Shown here: positions 23,001-30,071 of the stretch, in pieces
Position numbering within the stretch: position 1 is the first letter of the stretch
Layout of the letters: the number at the start of each line of letters is the position of its first letter
Source of the DNA: Azolla caroliniana
Lineage: Eukaryota > Plantae > Polypodiophyta
Direction: 5' to 3'
Assembly (NCBI GenBank): GCA_043228905.1
Contig: JBHGNT010000380.1
Coordinates: forward strand, 1 to 30,071
Length of the DNA stretch: 30,071 bases
The notes under the pieces: generated by a model
What the model was told of the DNA's origin: nothing
What the model saw: only the letters and a program-made list of their open reading frames with translations
Database searches by the model: none
Made by a program: the position numbers and the translations under genes

Positions 23001-24603
23001 ACAGCTGTTACAAGTTGATCTGGGTTCGCCTGTTTTCAGAAGTGATAGCAGTATAAAAATTTAAAAGAAATCTCAGATATTAAGAAAGGGGTTGATAAGG
23101 AATCACAATTACCTTATTTATGAACAATGATGCATTCTTCACTAGCAACAAAAGACTGTCCCCAGTTGCTGAAGCTAGAACTGGTGCAAGTGCAGAAAAT
23201 GTCATGGACTCAAAATCCGGCTTATCCTACATAAAATATACACGTGAGAGATAGGTTTGCCTCATTGGCATTTCTAGCATTAGCCTCCAGAAGTTCAAAT
23301 TTACCTGTGATTCAGCAATAGTAAGCACCATAGGTAGAACCATTGGTTGCATTACAACATTTCGCAGCTCTGCACACAGGGGTGGCAAAACCTAAATGGC
23401 AGAAGCATAAGACATCATTAATATAAAATGAGACAGTTATATTAAAATATCTTGTCCATCATTAAAGATAACTCTTTACCTTATACCTCAGGACACGAGC
23501 ATCAAAACTAGTCCACATTCCTGATAATGCCTTCAGGAAATCTGATTTTTGCATGTTATCTCTTTCCTTGAAGAAATGCAAGTTCAATTAATCAATACGA
23601 TGCAATCAATCCCTCACTACATTAATTGACATGATATTCCACATGTGTATGTAATTATATGTAACAATGGATTAGTTATGAAAAAATTAAGTTAGTCTTA
23701 TAGAAGGAAAATGAGGTAAGCATCTCTAATGATCTATTCAAAGGTACATATGTGCAGAAGTTTACAACTCAATCATCAAAACAAATCAAACTGAATTACA
23801 TGCAGTGCGAGCTCAATCACTTGTATATGAACCACTAAGTAAGCTTATATCGTTTCTCCAAGTAGTGAAGAGAAAATTGATAGAACATATTTATATAGCA
23901 CCGTAAAAGTTATTTAAGCAGTAAGTGGTAAAATATCCTGTATATTATCTGTGAGTTCTATAAGTAGGATTCACACATCAATAGACAATCAACAGTAAAA
24001 TAAAATATACCAGCATGTGATCCAAGAATCTGATAGCTCGTAATCTAGTATCATCCCGAAAGAAGGAGGAACCTGAATTAGACATGTGCATTGTAGGAGA
24101 ATGGTCTGAGTCAATGAAATAATTGAAACACACTTTTTAAGATTCAACTTCATATGTAAATGATGAATGCATTGAGGTGGAGCATGTTCATTTTTTAATA
24201 CTCTCCCACATGGTTGATCCTTTTACGGAGTTTCAATATTCAGACACCATACCTAGTGATAGTGCTAGTTAAAAGTTCTTTAATAATAAACCATAGTTAT
24301 GTGGATGGACCCATAAAATTTTCACTAAAATATTAATTGCTACTATATAAAATTTTATGAAATAAAAATGTTCTTCAGCACCTTCCTTTGTGCTATTTTG
24401 ATAAAAGTTTGTTCAATTGCATATAATACATTTATAACCTCAGAGATTACAGTATTCATTATATTAGCAATCACCCTCATAAACATTCTATGGTCATTAA
24501 AACCTATGCTTTTAAATATAGGATTTATTGAAGAGATGTTGCAAACCATACACATACCAATTTTTCTATAGATAAGAGAGAGAGAGGGAGAGAGACAGAG
24601 AGA

Positions 24604-24637
<34 letters not shown>

Positions 24638-27600
24638 CCATATTCATAGGGTTATTATTATAATTAGTGGGCCGAAACCAATATAAAAGAAGTGATCATA
24701 CATAAGCACGTGTACACAAGTTGCCTGAAATGTGTGTGTATAACCAACCATACATGTGGTTCAATTCTTCGCCAAAAATATATTTTTAATTGCTATAGTT
24801 ATTTCATGCAAAACCAAAAAACACAATGACAGCTTTGACATCCTGCATGCTTCAGGACGGCATAAAGCATCTCTGAACCTGTGAAATCATACAAACCTGT
24901 GAAATCCAAAGCACTTGGGCGTGAGAGCTCATCCATGTTCAGCATGCTATGTAAGTCATGTACTAACTCAGGAGGAATGTCTGAAAAATTTTCGTTCTTA
25001 AGATATGCGACCTTGTTGTTATACTGCCATCAATAACATTCAGCATCTCAGCCTAAATTATGGGCATTAGCACAACTTAAATTTAAATAGTGACTTTGGC
25101 ACTTTAAACAAAACATTATCAATGGAATTTAACAAGAAGACGCTCAAAACTGTTTGTTTACATAACGTCAGACTTTGAAAGACAATATTTCCCTATTGCT
25201 GGGTTTCTTACTTGATCTAATTTTTTTAATGTTTCTTTTCCTTGCATTTTAGGCATTTTAGGGTTGCATTGTTGGGTTCTTTTTCTCTTCTTTCTATAAC
25301 GCACAAGTAACCACATCCCTCTCCCTCTCAAGGACCACCAAACCCATGAAAAGCCTCGAGAAGGTGGATGGACACTTAACAAACTTGAGAAAACACAGTG
25401 TGATTTGATAAACTCAAACAAGAAGAACTCCAATACAGTAATTAGTGCCTAACACAAAGTTGAATCTCTATTCCTGAAGAAGATAACAAATACTTTCGAT
25501 TTGAATATGAAGCAATGAAGGCGAATATCACCAGAGTACAAAACGAGTGAACTTAACCCTAAATCAAGAAAACCAAAGCTGAGTTGAAGAAAGAGTGGGT
25601 GGTAGTTAAAGAAGAAGTAGGTAGAACTTATCCAAGCCAAAGAAGTGGAATTCAAGAATCTAGACAATATCAAAGCTGATCTATAGAGAGGTCAGGCTAA
25701 AACAGTAAATGAAGGAAGTAAGAATGGAAATCAAAGAAAAGGAGCTGCAAAAAACAAAAGGTACAACAACAAGAAATTGGATATGTGCAGAGTAAGCTTG
25801 AAGGAGAGCAGATGGGGCATGCAAGGCGACCTAATGTGCAAATCATGGGCCCCCCCAAGTCACCAAATTCCACACTGAACCAGAAAAACACTATGTACCA
25901 TGCTCAGGTGTAGCAAGGAAAAACCAACTGCATTCACATCTTGCAATTTCCAAATAAACTAGGAAGAATTGCCTCCTCAAAAAGCAAATCATACTACGAG
26001 GCTTGCATGGCCCTCATATTTTCCTTAATGATGGCCTGATGAAGCTTCCGTTGACCATAGAAAACAATGTATGCCATGAATCATTGAAGAATGCAAGGTA
26101 GGCAAGGAGACAGGCTACCAGTATAATTGCCTTGTTATCAACAAGAAGGCCACCGGATAGGAATTTGTGGCCTGTGGGACAATAGAATCAGAGCTATACA
26201 TTGCAGTTTGACACTGCAAAGGAGCACCTTGGACACACCCAGGAAGAATAAAACAGGTCATGGCAGGATGAAATATACTTCTCTTACAGAGACTCAGCAA
26301 AGTTTCAACTCTCCTTATTTGCACTTTGAATGCTGATAAGTGCTTTATTAAGATTTGGCTCCATTGTTTCCGGATAAGTACTTTATTAAGATTTGATTAA
26401 TTGCAAAGTAGCAAAAATGCTATGGCATTTTGCTTTGGTCATTATCAAACTCTTTTCATAAATCTTAACCAACATATGTATGACATTTTCAAGAGTACAA
26501 CTCAAAAGAAACATTGGCTTCTACAGTTAATCAGTAATCAATACTTACGGTTCTCAAGTTATTTTTGGCATCGATTAATGGCTGTCTAGCCAGTAAATGA
26601 TAAGCAATGCATCCGAGACTAAAGATATCTACAGATGTTCGAGCAAAAGTGCCACTTCTCGTCAGCTCTGGAGCTACATAATTCAGAGAGGGCTGCAACG
26701 GCAGGAGCAAATCATCTGAATCATATTCCTGCCAACATTTCAAAAATCGGTTATCAAAATAGAATCATTCAAGTTCAGGAGCCAGACTATAGATGCTGCC
26801 TCAGAATGAGCAAAACAACTCATCAGTATATCTTCCCTTTTACATATATCAAATAAGAAACAATATATTAATATGAAAATTTTACATAAAAGAAAGATTT
26901 TATTAATATCTAGGAAGGCCATATCTGTCTATAGACAAACAACATTTACAAAATGTCTATTGAGGATCTAAACTATATCTTCTACATATGATAGCATCTA
27001 CCGTATAATGTCTGCACATCTGTCTCCAGAGAAGAGATAAGCAACTTCGCAAAATACAGACCAATTTGCATAGGTGAGAATTGCGAGCCCAGATGATTTG
27101 CTCAAATTGCATAGTTGGGCATCATACTGAGCCCATGATGCTCTAACAAAGTACACATCTATCGTTATCTCTATGTAGCTCAGGAGTTTTGAAGGTCTCT
27201 GGATCAGCTACTGTAAAGATGTCAGCAATAGCATATAGCAACAATAGAATGTGTTGCTTCAGCAATTAGAGGCAGATGGAAATACGATGATGGTGCGGAT
27301 GCATCTGCCATTGACAAAGAGCAGTAGGATCTATGGGGGCCAATCAATGTGTCATTTCGGCAGATATGGGTGAATGGGATTATATTGATGATCCATCTAC
27401 CATAGGCACAGAGCAGTAGCTAGCAACATTACAAACAGTTTGTCTGGGGCTGCCTCTAATGTATGAGCAACACAGCAGTAATTTCTGCAACTTTGATGTG
27501 TCAACAACAGAGATCACCTTGAAAATGACAAACAAAAACCCTCACATTGCTTTTTTCTCAGATTTCTACCTCCACCTGAAGACTCGGGTAATCATGAGGA

Positions 27601-30071
27601 GAATAACAGAGTCCTTTCATTCATGTCCCACTTTTGAGTTGCGTAATCACTATTTTGGTCTCTTTATAGAAATAGAAATCCAAAGCACACATACACCAAT
27701 TACTATAAGATATACATACACGTCAGCAAACAAAGTGCAATGAACATTTCATTTTGCTCAATAATAAATACTCATGAAAAGACTTGTTTCTCACTGGGTA
27801 ATGAAATGCTGGTCCAGTGCTCTGCGAATCCACAGCATTTTGATCCAAAATTATAGAGAAACCAAAACCACCAAGTTTCCATGCACCAGAGGATGTTATA
27901 CAAATTGTCTGCATACAAAATAGGAATGTGTATTTTAGTAAAATCATTTCAAAATATATATTTCTCATGCAACAAAACAAAATTCTGAACAGCTTGCTGG
28001 CGAATGTGAATTTATGTATCTTAAAAATGTTATGAGACCTCCATATTGCCTACAGACCAAATTGCAAAAAAATGTCACTCCAAGGTTGGGAAACAACAGC
28101 TTATGATTATACTAAGCAAGCACATTCAAATTCTTTATAGCATCACATTATGTTTTCTACCCTTCCCAAAAATGCCTATAATAACAAAGATAATAGGTCC
28201 TCAAGATAGAAAATAATAGGAGGAAGGCTTGGCCTACTAGTATTTCTATCTCAAAAAAAAACTAAAACCTGCACATGGAAAAGTTTGGATTAAGTTATAG
28301 TAATGCAGTGTATCAGACCTTTAGCACAAATCTAAGGCAGAAGTTTCAGCAATGTCAGCAGGTTGCAGTTACACCTACCTCGGGAGATAAAGCACGATGA
28401 ATAAGGCGTGCATTATTATGCAGAAAGCTGAATGTCTCTGCCAGTTGTAAAAGCCCATGCTTTATTTCGAGTTGTCCTAATTCCTGCGTGAAAACAACTC
28501 AAACACTCAGTATACATTTCAGTAAAATATATAGCATGTCACTCATAGAACCAAAAAAAATCGAGTTGATTAATTAGGATAAAAACTCCAGCAAAAATTA
28601 TCAATAAACTATATATATTTTGTAAAACCAGAAACTCTAACCAAAATATATGGAAGTTGCATACAAAAATACTACAATATATTACTACACTTTTGTCTCT
28701 CTTGTAACATTTCCATCTATTACACGACATTCTAAATTTCTCTCGACTTTTCCTTTTTCCCCCATTTCTCATTATTATACTTCTCTTGCAATTGCGTCTT
28801 GTGATTATTTGGGAACTCAATCTAAGCACTCTACTCCAGTAATAAAGACTCACATGATCACAGTTGGTGAGTGCTGCACCTATAAAAAAAATGACGGAAA
28901 ATATTACAGGTAAGGGCAATGACGCCATCAAAAAGTATAGCTTATCCTTTGTTTACATTGTCAAGATACATAGCACCAAAAGCCAGGGGGTGAATGATCT
29001 AACTGATGCAAAGATGATTTGCACAATGGCAGAAAAACAAGCTTTCAAACCTTCATGTATTTTTGCCATACATGAATAAAAGACAGGATGGTTGTTGTCA
29101 AATAAGAACATCATATGATGCCATTATTTTGCTTTACATCTCTAACACTTTTATTTGCCCTAAGAATCTAAAGGGAATTTAGATCCTACTATGAATGAAG
29201 AGTAGTCAAGGATAGTCACCATTCTCTTGTCACAGGGATTGGTTGGAAGGAAAAAATAGATCTTTGTTTCTGTTTTTCTTTCCATTTTCGAGTCATATGT
29301 ATATATATATATATATATGCTTTGCTCTAATATTGGGAATATATATAGCCTTTTCTGTTTAAAGAGTATGAGAATATATATAAGAGATATCCTAATACAC
29401 AGGCTTTTTAAATTATATGAAAGTTAAAAATATACGGAATTGGAGACATTCAGATGTCAAAACATTCTCACTAACAAAAAAACAACAATTTGGAAATTAT
29501 ATCAATATTTAGTCAGCATATTCCAATAGACCTAAAAAGATACAATCGCAATCTCACACTTAAGCATTGCTTCACAGGGAGTTTAGGGAGATACGAAAAG
29601 TTTTTTAAGGCTCCCAAAGTTCCAAAAGATTACAAAGCATTGCTAGCTAGAAACTCTCAAAAACAAGGGAAACAAGGGATAAAGAAATGAAAACAAAAAC
29701 AAGCACATGCAAGCAGCACAAAACTTTCTATTATCAATATTTAACCTTGAATCACTTACCAAGCCCTTGAGACCTTTGGGATAGTTGGCAATGTTATCAA
29801 GATGGCCAAGAACATTTGCGACAGAAGCAAAGATTGGCTCTGTGACCACTGTCATCGCTGCTTTATTCTCTTCAAGTCCCTGCACAACATGTATGACTCC
29901 TGGATGCCTCAACTTCACCATCTGCATAATATCAGCCCTAATAATATCCAGAAAAGAATCTTCGGCAGCTTTTGAGAGTCCTGCCCTCTGCCTCATCTCT
30001 GTCAATGATTTCTTGTCAAGAAACCAAACGCAAACATCTTGGTTATGTGCAGCCGATCTGTTCCTATGCTT
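20083..30071 (-). CDS. SCYL2: SCY1-like protein 2 (SCYL2) pseudokinase with HEAT/ARM repeats; 5'-partial, 13 exons in window
   Basis: Exons joined in frame by GT-AG introns: >30071-29760, 28483-28379, 27908-27795, 26728-26549, 25023-24897, 24072-24011, 23566-23480, 23391-23305, 23226-23113, 23029-22901, 22810-22748, 21609-21448, 21309-21191 and 20899-20083 (the first listed segment is the partial exon, followed by 13 complete exons). The peptides [91 protein letters not shown] and [11 protein letters not shown] match plant SCYL2 sequences as I recall them. Confidence 0.95.
24575..24636. repeat. Compound (AG)n-(GT)15 microsatellite in SCYL2 intron
   Basis: An imperfect AG run at 24575-24605 is followed by GT repeats at 24606-24636. 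Confidence 0.9.
29300..29318. repeat. (TA)9 microsatellite in SCYL2 intron
   Basis: Read directly from the sequence. Confidence 0.9.

Noticed and set aside
25150-26340. Purine-rich intronic stretch with short ORFs, a possible TE insertion or nested gene
   Set aside because: No recognisable domain, terminal repeat or target-site duplication.

Overview
Eukaryotic land-plant nuclear DNA: AT-rich, with GT-AG introns, telo-boxes and microsatellites. The PPR subtype present suggests a fern or another seed-free plant (inference). The window holds five probable genes. (1) A 254-aa low-complexity protein with one C-terminal TM helix (1893-2657, -). (2) A large PLS-class PPR protein (about 5794/6018-10022, +) with 23 PPR motifs, E1-E2 and a non-canonical DYW:KP-like deaminase domain, the subtype linked to reverse U-to-C organellar RNA editing. 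It also has an unusual ~310-aa N-terminal region made of two unrelated tandem-repeat arrays. (3) A small plant protein with a 'W-x-R-S-I-L-L-G-E-R-C-x-P-P-x-F-S-G-L-I-L-Y-D' motif and a poly-His tract (15695-16255, +). (4) A convergent S/P-rich orphan ORF (16674-17594, -). (5) Thirteen exons of a SCYL2-type pseudokinase (20083->30071, -; the 5' end lies outside the window). There is also a decayed PPR fragment, a 76-bp-arm inverted repeat downstream of the PPR gene, and probable decayed retrotransposon sequence. The most interesting element is the DYW:KP-like editing factor with its N-terminal repeat modules.
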